Below, one piece after another: positions 52,038-62,222 of a stretch of DNA of 62,222 nt. Origin of the DNA: Proteromonas lacertae. Taxonomy: Eukaryota. Location: the NCBI GenBank assembly GCA_002245135.1, contig NGBS01000295.1:310001-372222 (forward strand), read 5' to 3'. Position 1 is the stretch's first letter, and the number at the start of each line of letters is the position of its first letter. A program made the position numbers and the translations under genes. The notes under the pieces were generated by a model. It was given only the letters and a program-made list of their open reading frames with translations, was not told the DNA's origin and did no database searches.

Positions 52038-52421
52038 ATGCCATATAATACATCTTTAGTTATGTTAGGTGATATGAAAGATACTTTAAATGGTTTGAAA
52101 CAAGAACTGTATATTTTATTAGGCTGTGTAGTTCTATGGGTTCTTTATAAATGCAAGAGAATATGTGCATGGTGTTATCATAAAGCCTGTCCTCCAGAAT
52201 TAAGTGAAATATTAGCTGAGCCAGAACCTGCTGTTCAATTAGCATTAAGAAAATCTACTATTGTTTCTGCTATTCCATTTACTTTAACACCTGAAAATAG
52301 CAGAATAAATTCTAGAAATGCTAGTGATAATGAAGATGAAGAGCAATTAGAAACAGAAATAGAAATTATTCCTATTAATAAACCTGAGATTGAAATTAAA
52401 AAACCAATCATAAATATTTAA
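52038..52421 (+). CDS. Small single-pass membrane protein
   Basis: LYILLGCVVLWVLY followed by a Cys/basic segment. Confidence 0.6.
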   Translation: MPYNTSLVMLGDMKDTLNGLKQELYILLGCVVLWVLYKCKRICAWCYHKACPPELSEILAEPEPAVQLALRKSTIVSAIPFTLTPENSRINSRNASDNEDEEQLETEIEIIPINKPEIEIKKPIINI

Positions 52422-52602
52422 TTTTATATATAGTCTTTTTTTCGTATTTGATTTTGAAAGTTATTTTTTGTACCCCTTAAAAAAATTACATAAAGAAAAA
52501 CCGTTTTTTTTCATTCACACTTTTCTTACTCATTTTCAGTATTTTATTTTTTTCATTTTTTTACTTTAATAGAAAATTAATTATTCAATTATTCAATCAA
52601 AA

Positions 52603-53773
52603 ATGCCAGCAGACAGAGTCAAACAACCAACCAATTCAGAATTATGCTCCCAACTCCCATTAAAGGGACAGGCTTATGAGTTCTATCAGAAAGTGAGTCG
52701 TAACATCCAGCATTTAAAGACATTTTGCGACGAAATGTATATTCAAAGTTTGGCTTATGATGACAGCAAAAAATCAAAGAAGAAGCAAAGTCCACCACAA
52801 TTCAACTATATCGAATTAGAGAAGTCAGCTACAGCAGTTTATTATTGCTTTTCATGCAAGTTTGATAATCAGAAGTTAATTCCCATTAAACATCTAGAGA
52901 CATTAGATCAAAATGAGTATATGAATTTATACTTTAGTGACGAAGAGATGAAAAGTATAGTAAAACCAAATGTAAAACCGATTAAACCTTTTATTCAACC
53001 TCAGTTAAAACAACAACAACAACCACAACAAGAACCACCACCACCAACTGTACCTCAAAAACCTAAAAGAGTTTATAAAAGAAGAACTGATATTGTAAAG
53101 AAACCTAAAACTAAAGCAGTTATTGATAGTGATGATGAATTAATTCATTTAAAGAAAAGAAAGATTGTTAAGGATTCTGATTTTGTTGACGAACCAATGG
53201 GTATAATTGTGAAAGATACTGAATCAAGAACATCTGCTGATGATTTATTAAGTAGCCAAAGTCCAACCTTTACACCTCCAATGTCACCAAGGTCTGATAC
53301 TACACTTCTTGATGTTACTGATATTGATATTCTGGATGCTGAATTGAAGTACTTTAATGCTGAATTAACTAAAAAAGATGAAGAAAAACAAAAAGAGATA
53401 GAAGAGAAAATTAAACATCAAGATGCTGAGAGAAAGAAACAAGAAGATGAAGAAAAAAAGAAAAACAACAAGAAGAAGAAAGAGTTAGAAAAGTACAAGA
53501 AGAAGCAGAGAGAAAAGAAAACAAGAAGAAGCAGAAAAGAAAAGAAAAGAAGAATTAGTGGTTATTAGAATGCTTCAAGAAGAAGAGAATATGAGACAAC
53601 AAGAAGAGTTAAGAAAGAAATGGGTATTAGAGCAAAAGAGACAAATGGAAGAAAAGATGAAAAAAGAAAACGATGAATTAGAAAAGAAAACGGAAGAAGA
53701 GTTTAAGAAGAGAATTGAAGAAGAGAAAATAAAGAAAGCTGAAGAGTTTGAGAAGATGATGAAGAACTTATAA
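52603..53773 (+). CDS. Element ORFan with Pro/Gln tract and E/K coiled-coil tail
   Basis: ORFs 52603-53568 and 53558-53773 join if A-run indels near 53460-53520 are corrected. Confidence 0.6.
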
Positions 53774-53909
53774 GTATTAATATACTTTAAATTTGTCTGG
53801 TTTATGCTTTAATCCATATACTTGAAAAAGCACTTTGAATTCATTACTTTGATGAAAATTGGTGTTTGTTTTAATATGTAAAAAATAACATAAATAAAAA
53901 ACATAAAAA

Positions 53910-55069
53910 TTATACGAAATCATTAAATAGCGAATTTTTCTTATATACTCTACCATATCTACTTTTTCTACCTTCTGGTGCTGGTTGAATATCTGGTTCT
54001 ATAGGTTGTGCTTCATTATTTATACTATGAATTTGTCTTAATCTAAACTTACCATTTGTTGTAATACTATTAACTGGTACTCTTTTAATTTCATGAGATT
54101 TAAATCTATATGAACCTATATCTCTAGGATTGAATTCTTTAGGTATTGTTCCATCCAAGTTTTTATCAGAATATGAAAACGGTCCAACTTTGTGTATTTG
54201 GTATACTTTATCAGTATAATAAGTAGTTTTTTGAAGTTTGTTATCTCTATGTTCTTTTATTCTGACAAAATCATCAGCTTTAAATGAGTATCACTTTTAC
54301 GCTTCATTAAGTTTCTAGCATGTGATTCTTTATACAATCTATCTTGGACTTCAAAATCATTGAATACTTCATTTGGAGTTAGATTATTGAGTGCAGAATG
54401 TGGTTTTGCATTGTAATCATCTACAACAGTATATACTATATTACACAATGATTCAATATTGTTAATTTTGTCAAATTCTTCATCAGAAAATGTATTAATT
54501 TTTCTATAAAACATATCTTTAATAGTTCTCACACATCGATCCAATATTTTCATTATATTATGTTCATTACGTTCTTTAAGTATAAATCGTATATGATTTT
54601 TATTAAACAAATCTAAAAATTTCTTACCATAGATAATACCAGACTCTTCATCTGACAATATACTTCCTACAAAACGAGCATTTTCATCCTTAGGTTGCAT
54701 ACCCTGATAAAACCATTTTTCAAACACTGGATACACATCATTTTCTGATTTAGATTTAACATAATATATCCAACACTTACGACTAACAACTTCTATAATT
54801 AACAAAAATGGAACTTTTGTATTGTTGAAAAACACTAAATCTATTTGATATGACCCAGGTAACTTTTCAATTTCATATTTAATTCTATTCCTTTTAGTTG
54901 CAGTGATTTGATAATCTGGTTTAGACTCTACAAGTTCACTACTAGCTTTTTTAATGTCAGATTTTTTAAAGTTATTCTCAAGTTCATTTACAGAGAAATT
55001 AATAAAGTCTCGTTTATTTAAATAACCATATGTTTTGTATAACTCATTTATTTTATCTTGTAGTGACAT
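53910..55069 (-). CDS. Retroviral-type (rve) integrase
   Basis: YQIDLVF, SRKCW, SDEES, ILDRCVRTIK, YNAKPHSALNNLTP. One missing T near 54280 separates the C-terminal FKADDFVRI... region. Confidence 0.88.
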
Positions 55070-55135
55070 TCAAACAATATATAAAAAATATGAATGATAT
55101 ATATTTAAAGAATTAATGAATTAAAATATAATTAA

Positions 55136-55909
55136 TCATTCTTCTACCTCTCCCAAATCCTTATCATTTAAAGTGTTACCATTACCAAAGTTAATAACTT
55201 TAGCAGCACTAATAAAACCATTACTAATTACTTTCTTAGCAGGGAATGGTCTACGAGTACTAATTAAATCACTATCTTCTATCTTAGTTCTCTTAATTCT
55301 TGGAGGTGAAACAAATTTGTTTTGATTAGCTTGTTCTTTCTTAATTTTCTTCTCATTACTTCTTCTAATAGTTATAGCTAAATCAGGATTTTCATCATAA
55401 CCAACAATATCACTACAGACTCTATGATTAACAAAGTTTTGAGTACCATTACTCTTAATAGAGATTTGATTATCAACAACACTTACAGCAATTTTACTAC
55501 CAACATCAACATCAGATGGAACTCTATAGTTACTATTATCCCATATCATAATAGAATTGAAATTGTGGAAGTATTTAATACCATGTTGTGGTTCTCTACA
55601 TCCTACACTAGTCAAATATCCACGAATGATTTTTTCTATAAAGTCATTCTCGTTTCTATCATAAATTTGTTTCAATACATATTTCACTTCATCAGCTGAA
55701 TATGTCTCAAAATCTCTTCCATTATTAATTACAACTTTATGATCCAAATCATGAACAAAAGTAATCAATACATATTGACTGGTTTTAGTAGGCTTAACTG
55801 TAATACTCTCAACAGTTCCTTTAATAATCCACTTGTTACATAACTTTGGATTCTTGTAGTAATCACTGAATTCTACATCTGTAGCTTCATAGGGTGTTTC
55901 GTTACTCAT
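55136..55909 (-). CDS. Hypothetical beta-rich protein, possibly OB-fold
   Basis: Intronless 257 aa; IKGTVESITVKPTKTSQYVLITF and VDVGSKIAVS. Confidence 0.6.
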   Translation of the reverse strand: MSNETPYEATDVEFSDYYKNPKLCNKWIIKGTVESITVKPTKTSQYVLITFVHDLDHKVVINNGRDFETYSADEVKYVLKQIYDRNENDFIEKIIRGYLTSVGCREPQHGIKYFHNFNSIMIWDNSNYRVPSDVDVGSKIAVSVVDNQISIKSNGTQNFVNHRVCSDIVGYDENPDLAITIRRSNEKKIKKEQANQNKFVSPPRIKRTKIEDSDLISTRRPFPAKKVISNGFISAAKVINFGNGNTLNDKDLGEVEE

Positions 55910-55994
55910 TTTATATAAGGGAGAGATGAAAATAAAAAATGATTAAAAAATGTCAAGAAAAATGAAAATGAAAATTTCTTTTTATTTTTAAAGT

Positions 55995-56024
55995 CGACCA
56001 ATCAAATCATCCGACCAATCAAAT
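55995..56024 (+). promoter_or_regulatory. Tandem CCAAT-containing repeat in the divergent promoter of polB
   Basis: CGACCAATCAAAT at 55995-56007 and 56012-56024. Confidence 0.5.
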
Positions 56025-56069
56025 TTCATATTTCCATTTTTGATTTATTTCGCGAATTCTGTCTATATA

Positions 56070-59000
56070 ATGAGCAAACATAAAAAGCTTTTAAAAGCAT
56101 TTTTTAAACTTCTAGAACAAACTTTTAATAAAAATAAACATCATAAGCATAAGCATCACCATCATCATAAACATAAACATACAGATGAACCACACCACCA
56201 GAAGAAGCTCCAAAACGAAGATTAGCGCCATTATTTAGTACAGATGCTATTCAAAATAAAAAAGATACAATAATGATATACCAATAATTAGTGATACATT
56301 CTTTGGTGGATTAATGCCTTCTTCCCTACCAAACCTAACCAAAATCAAAGATTTAATGATAGAATACGTGATGCTAGAGAAGTTGATAAATCATCTCAAG
56401 GTGTTACCAGGAAATGGGTTTTCAATTATAACAATAGAAATTACAGTACTCCACAACAATGTTATCATGATTTTGTTAATAATAGTGATATCAAAGATAT
56501 ATTACATGAACTAGCTGATACTATGAATATGATTAAATTTTTCTTTATTGTACGTTCAATTTATATACCAGATGAGTCTACTGACAGTGATGATGAAGTT
56601 TCTATATTTAGTCGTAGTAGACTATGTGAAATAACAAAAATGTCTACTGTAGGTGAAATAAAAACTATACTGGAAATATATTTACACAAATATCAGAAGA
56701 TGATTCAAATCATCCTCAAAGTGGTCTTACTTTTGCTAGAGTAAATACTATAGAATTATATGTAACAAAATTTAAAGTGATACGTGGAAGTAGTTTTATT
56801 GTTTTACCTGCTAAACTTCAAGGTCTTAGATGTTTGACAATGTAATGAATGAAGATAATGAATGTTTTAAGTGGAGTGTACTATGCTCATTATATTCTAA
56901 TAATCTACAATGTAATAAAGATAAACCTGAAAAATACAAAATGTATGAAAAGAAACATGATTGGAGTATGTTAACATTCCCTGTTGATGCTACTGACAAT
57001 GATTCTATTGATAAGTTTGAAACAAAGAATCGACTAAATGTGAATATATTTTATATTGATATTGCTAAAGATAAAGAAGAAATATTCTTACCCATTCATT
57101 TATCTAAACAAAAGAAATCTAAAAAATACAGTGTTGTAAATCTATTGTAATAAAAAATGAAGATGGAAATTCACACTATGTAACAATAAATACCTTACCT
57201 GCTCTATTTAGAAAAATGATAGATAAAAAGAATAATACTAATAATATATTTGTTTGTCCATACTGTCTCTTTTATACTTACGATGATGGATCCTTTAATA
57301 GTCACCAAATATATGACTGTCAAGATAAAGAGAATGTATTAAGATTATTCCCTGATAAAGATGATAAAGAAAAATCATACTTAAAATTTAGACATTGGAC
57401 TCACCTCCAAACATTGCCAGTTGTTATGTATTATGATACTGAAACTTATTTTGTACCATATGATAATGAATTGAATTTAAGTAGATATAAATCTATGGAA
57501 GAAATAGATAATAATGATACTAGAATTGAATTATCAAAAAATGAGCAATCTATTATGGCTAGGCATAAGCTTTATTCCTACTGTATCTATGTAGATAGTA
57601 AAATACCAGATATAAATAGTTTTACTGTGATTAAATATAAACAAAATGAGGATCATAATATTGAAAATGATTTTGTATTGGATATATTAAATATATATGA
57701 TCAAATATGTACAGTTTACAATTATAGACTAAATAATCCTAAACTTTTGATGGAGATGAAATAGCTAAGGATATACATAATAAAAAGAGAAAATGTGACT
57801 TTTGTGGTAAACCATTTAATTCTATTGATCATGTAAAGGTACTTCACCATGATCATTTCACAGGTCATTATATTGCTTCAATTGGTAGTAATGAGAATCT
57901 AAATATTGATATAAAAAAATTAAAAGTACCAATAATAGGTCATAATGCTATGAAATATGATCAGCATTTCATAGTAAAGGAATTAGCCAAATTTGCTGCA
58001 ATAACTAATAGTCCACTCAATATTATACCTAATACAGATGAAAACTATAAGTGTATACAATACAAGAATTTGGTGTTTATTGATAGTTATTTATTCTTAG
58101 CAGGTTCTTTAGCAAATTTAACTAGTGATCTAAAAATTACAGCAGAATTAAATAATACTAAGAAAGAAAATTCAAAACAATTTATGAGAATTTTAAAGAA
58201 TATAATGGGCATTACCTAGATGATGAAATTATTGAAAAATACTTACTTCAAAAGAATTATTTTCCATATGAGCATATGACATCTCTTGAAGCTTTTGAAG
58301 AAAATTTCAAAGATCTTACTATAGATGATTTTAAGTCTAAATTGAATGATAATGAAACTATTAAACCTGAGGAATTTGATTTTGCTATGGAAGTAAATCA
58401 AATATTTGGATTTGATAATATACGTGAATACAATTTATTTTACTTGAAAATTGATGTTTATATTCTTCAGTCTATATTTAATGATTTTAGAGATAATATA
58501 TTTGATACTTTTCACATAGATCCTTGTTGGTATATTTCATTACCCAGTTTATCACTTGATTATTCTTACATGTATCTGATGTGGAACTTAAATTATTTTG
58601 TGAACCTGAATACTATGATTTTATATTGAATGGTTTATACGGTGGATTATCATATATTGGTAAGCGTAAGGAAGATGCTAATAACAAATTTATGAAAAAT
58701 TATGATGAAACTTTACCTAGTAAATTCTTATTATATCAAGACTATAATTCTTTATATCCTTCAGTTATGGCTTCTTGTAAAATGCCTTTAGATGACTTTG
58801 AATTTATTGATCCAAATTCTATTACATTAGAAAGTATACTTGATTTACCCTATTATGAAGAAATGGATCAAGATAGATTAGAGAATAATGATTTTGGTTA
58901 TATATTAGAAGTTGATATCGAGTTACCTATAGAGCTACAAGACAAGTTTAAAGAATACCCATTACTACCTGAAAGGAAGAAAATACCTAAAGAATGGTTA

Positions 59001-60118
59001 TCTGATATACAAACTGAAAGAGCTGAAAATCTTGGTATTATACATAAAGAAAGAGGTACTTACCATGCTACTGAGAAATTAATAACTGATTTGTATCCTA
59101 AAGAAAAATATATAATACATTACCAAAATTTGAAGTTTGCAGTTGAACATGGCTATAAAGTGGGTAAAGTGTACAGAATAATGAGATTTACTGAAGGTCT
59201 ATATATGGGTAAATATATTAATACTATGGTACAAAAAAGAGTCCAAGCTAAAGAAAACAATCAAAATACTACTGCAGACTATATAAAGAAATTAATGAAT
59301 AGCTTATACGGTAAATTTATGGAACGTGTTGAAAGAGAAGTAACATTTCTTTAATTACTAATGAAGATCAAATGATTAATGCTGCAAGTGATCCATGGTT
59401 TAAAGACTTTATCATTATTGAAGGTGATTTAAGAATTGCACATTTTCATAAGAAGCTATATGAAATTAATAAACCTATACAAATTGGAATGGTTATCTTA
59501 GCACTGTCTAAACTCAAAATGCAAAAATATTGGTATGATGTATTAGATAAAAAATATGGATCTGATAAGCTAACACTATGTATGACTGATACTGATAGTT
59601 TACTTTTCTCAGTTGAAACTAATGATATTTTTGAAGACTTAGAGGATCCTATCTTTAATAATTGGATTGATGGAAGTAACTTGAAAAATCCCTATTTAGA
59701 AAATTATAAGTTAGATATACATAGAGCTGTTCATTCAGGTACATTGAATCGATTAAAATTTGAAGAACAGGATAAGAATAATGTAAACCTATATGTTATA
59801 ACAAAGTTTATAGGATTAAAATCAAAATGTTATATATACGAAAAGGAGAAAGTGAATGATGATTCTGATAATAATACTAATACTGACAATCGTTGTAAAG
59901 GTATTAATGTGAAAGTATCAAGAAAAATAACTTATGACATATACAATGATTTTGTTGAAGGTGCTAGTAAAAGTCAAAAATATGAAGTATGTCAAATCAA
60001 ATCAATACATCATAATGTTTATACAACAGTGCAAAACAAAACTGGCTTAACCTATTATGATGATAAAAGATATTTTTTTGATAAATACAATACATTGCCA
60101 TATGGATATAAAAAATAA
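56070..60118 (+). CDS. Protein-primed family B DNA polymerase with EndoVII-like insert, fragmented by frameshifts in this sequence
   Basis: Exonuclease motifs YYDTET, GHNAMKYDQHFI, FIDSY, YLKIDV; insert CDFC...HHDHFTG; polymerase motifs DYNSLYPSVM, KKLMNSLYGK, TDTDS, KSKCY, CKG. Confidence 0.93.
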
Positions 60119-60323
60119 TTAATACTTATATTATATAATTGTTTTTTTCTTTAAAAAACTGCCACCTCTTCATATTGAGGTACAAATTGAGGTACATTTG
60201 CAGTTACTATAAATTTTGAGCCATATTGTGGTGTTTGTTGACTATATTTTCTTGCTTTTTGTGGTATAACATGAAAAGTGTTATCGTTTGGATTAATATA
60301 TTCATCACTAAACTTTTCAGTTT

Positions 60324-62222
60324 TTATAGAATCTGCATTCTATTTAATCTTGTTTTCATTGAATTTATAATATTTTCTCTCACATTTTCTCTTCTTCTCA
60401 TTCTATTAGTAGTTCTATTCATATCTAAATCTTTATTTACTGTACTACGTTCTATATTTTTTATTATTGCCTTACGTCTCTCTATAAACTTCCTCACTTG
60501 ATTATAAGTTAAGGTATTTGCATCAAAATTTGGATGTTCTTCTGGTCTATTACTGTGTTCATCATTATATTTTTTCAGATTATCAAAGTACTTGTTTATT
60601 CTTTTCAATTTATCGCTAATAGTTTCTTTATTTGGAGCAACCTTAATTTCATCTGATTGTGTTTCCTCCACGTTTGGTATAATACTATTAGTTTGTTGTT
60701 GCTGTATTAATTCAGGATTGACTATATCTGTATTAACAGGAGCTGGTACAACTAAATCTAAAGTTGGTTCATTATATACTAAATCATTTGTTATAGGATA
60801 TTGCACTACTCCTAAATCATCATAAGATGGTTTATTTGCATTATTCATTACACTTGCTAATTGAGCAGCATATACTGATTTTTCTTCTTCCATTCGTTTT
60901 AATATTTGTTGCATGTTATTTTGATATGTTAAATCATTTCCTTTAAGAGCTTTGATTGCTTCATTCTTTATAAATTCTATTTCATTTTGTTGATTTTGTA
61001 TAGTATTTCGTCCAGCTTCTAAAGTATTATTTAATTGTGCTTGCAATGTTTTATTTTGCTCTACACTTGTATTATATAGCTGCTGTTGTTCTTGTAATTG
61101 CTGCATATATTTATTCATTTCTACTTGAAGCTTCATTTGCATCTCCTCCAATTGTGCATTATCTTTTGCTTTAGTATTTTGTAATTCCTCTGATATAGCA
61201 TCATAACTTTGTTTAAGACTAGCTAAATTCTTTTCAGCTTGTTCATGATTCATTTTAAGTGTCAATACTTCATTTTCTCTTAAAGCTAATTTTTCATTCA
61301 CTGTATTGAATTGAATTAAATTTTGTTCTTTTTCTGTATTTATTTCATCAATTCTATTCCTTAATATTGCTAAATTTTGTTCCACTTCTTGTTTACTGAA
61401 TGGATAATCTTCTTTATATGTAGTATAATCAGTTTCAATTTTTGATTTTATTTCTTTTAATGCATTTAATTCTTTATCTTTATCATTTAAACTTTGCACA
61501 TATTGAGTTTTGAGACTTTCAGCATTGCTTAAAGCAATATTTAATTGTTTAGTATTTTCTTTATTTGCATTTTTTAACTCCTCATTCTGATGTTTTAATT
61601 CTTTAATTTGTTTTTCATATAATTCTTTGAGGTCATGCAAATCTGTATTATTCTTATTCTCTTTTTGTGAAAGTGTTACTTTTAATTTTTCATATAAATC
61701 TTCTTTTATTTTTAATTGATACTTGTTTGTTTCAAATAGGTTTTTGATTTCTTCTTTGTCTAGTTTTAAACGATCAACCATATCTCTGTAAGATGTTCTT
61801 TCAGTAATTAAATTATCTCTCTCTGTTGTTATTGATTTCAATTCAAGTTCCTTATCTTTTATTCTTTGTTTCATTTGAACAGATATAGCTCCGCTAGTAG
61901 GATCATTATCTTTTCTGAAATTATTATATTCGTTATATAAATCATTAAATTCTTTTGCTTTTTTTCTTTCATTTGTTTTAGCAGCTTCTAAATCCATCTT
62001 TAAACTTTGTATTTCATTTTGATAATTGGATATATCTGATTTCATTGTATTTATTTCATTTGCATATGCTGTGTTTTGAGTAGATAATGTATTAACTTGT
62101 AATCCTAAATCTTGTTTTTCTTTATCTAAATCACTTACCCTAGATTGATAATTTACATTTTCTTGTTGCAAATCAAGTATATCATTTTGATATTTAATGT
62201 TTTGATTATTTAAATTTGTTAC
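60324..62222 (-). CDS. Long coiled-coil protein, 5'-incomplete
   Basis: Intronless heptad-rich ORF of more than 615 aa that runs past the window end. Confidence 0.7.
   Translation of the reverse strand, partial: VTNLNNQNIKYQNDILDLQQENVNYQSRVSDLDKEKQDLGLQVNTLSTQNTAYANEINTMKSDISNYQNEIQSLKMDLEAAKTNERKKAKEFNDLYNEYNNFRKDNDPTSGAISVQMKQRIKDKELELKSITTERDNLITERTSYRDMVDRLKLDKEEIKNLFETNKYQLKIKEDLYEKLKVTLSQKENKNNTDLHDLKELYEKQIKELKHQNEELKNANKENTKQLNIALSNAESLKTQYVQSLNDKDKELNALKEIKSKIETDYTTYKEDYPFSKQEVEQNLAILRNRIDEINTEKEQNLIQFNTVNEKLALRENEVLTLKMNHEQAEKNLASLKQSYDAISEELQNTKAKDNAQLEEMQMKLQVEMNKYMQQLQEQQQLYNTSVEQNKTLQAQLNNTLEAGRNTIQNQQNEIEFIKNEAIKALKGNDLTYQNNMQQILKRMEEEKSVYAAQLASVMNNANKPSYDDLGVVQYPITNDLVYNEPTLDLVVPAPVNTDIVNPELIQQQQTNSIIPNVEETQSDEIKVAPNKETISDKLKRINKYFDNLKKYNDEHSNRPEEHPNFDANTLTYNQVRKFIERRKAIIKNIERSTVNKDLDMNRTTNRMRRRENVRENIINSMKTRLNRMQIL

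Larger units (their letters stand above)
50290..62222. mobile_element. Polinton/Maverick-like endogenous viral element (partial; left boundary approximate, right part outside window)
   Basis: Cluster of intronless ORFs including protein-primed PolB and rve integrase, unlike the intron-rich host genes. No capsid, ATPase or protease gene and no TIR recognised in the window. Confidence 0.8.

Noticed and set aside
429..60825. Many short antisense ORFs in the track (e.g. 429-617, 18115-18594, 21829-22227, 43341-43766, 44697-44933)
   Set aside because: They are shadows of real genes or repeats on the opposite strand and have no motifs.

Overview
Very AT-rich eukaryotic DNA with abundant ultrashort (~24-40 nt) GT-AG introns, short intergenic spacers and a mitochondrial-type processing peptidase. 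This is consistent with a Blastocystis-like stramenopile (inference). Bases 1-35 kb are a compact housekeeping block: TFIIH p44, FCF1, PWP2, an FSIP1-like gene, a methyltransferase, COG3, a divergent SMC, an LRR protein, WDR89, a PDZ-TBC RabGAP, a NifS/SCLY-like desulfurase, Sec61beta, MPP-alpha and ValRS. This block also holds a membrane-anchored papain-like pseudoprotease, three box C/D snoRNA candidates in one long ValRS intron, two candidate 39-nt AT-AG minor introns and a recurring CAAGC motif in the divergent promoters. Bases 35-44 kb hold an inverted pair of Crinkler/RHS-like genes (SPRY-like headers, two P-loop NTPases, terminal restriction-endonuclease-like domain); one copy is frameshifted and truncated. 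Bases 44.5-50.3 kb are a transposon nest: TGT...ACA/CCA TIR elements with 5-bp TSDs, a Tc1/mariner element, hAT and MULE relics. From about 50.3 kb to the window end lies part of a Polinton/Maverick-like endogenous viral element with intronless ORFs (protein-primed PolB with an EndoVII-like insert, rve integrase, ORFans). The frameshifts I traced in it look like homopolymer indels, so it may be intact. All calls come from motif reading only; no database searches were run.
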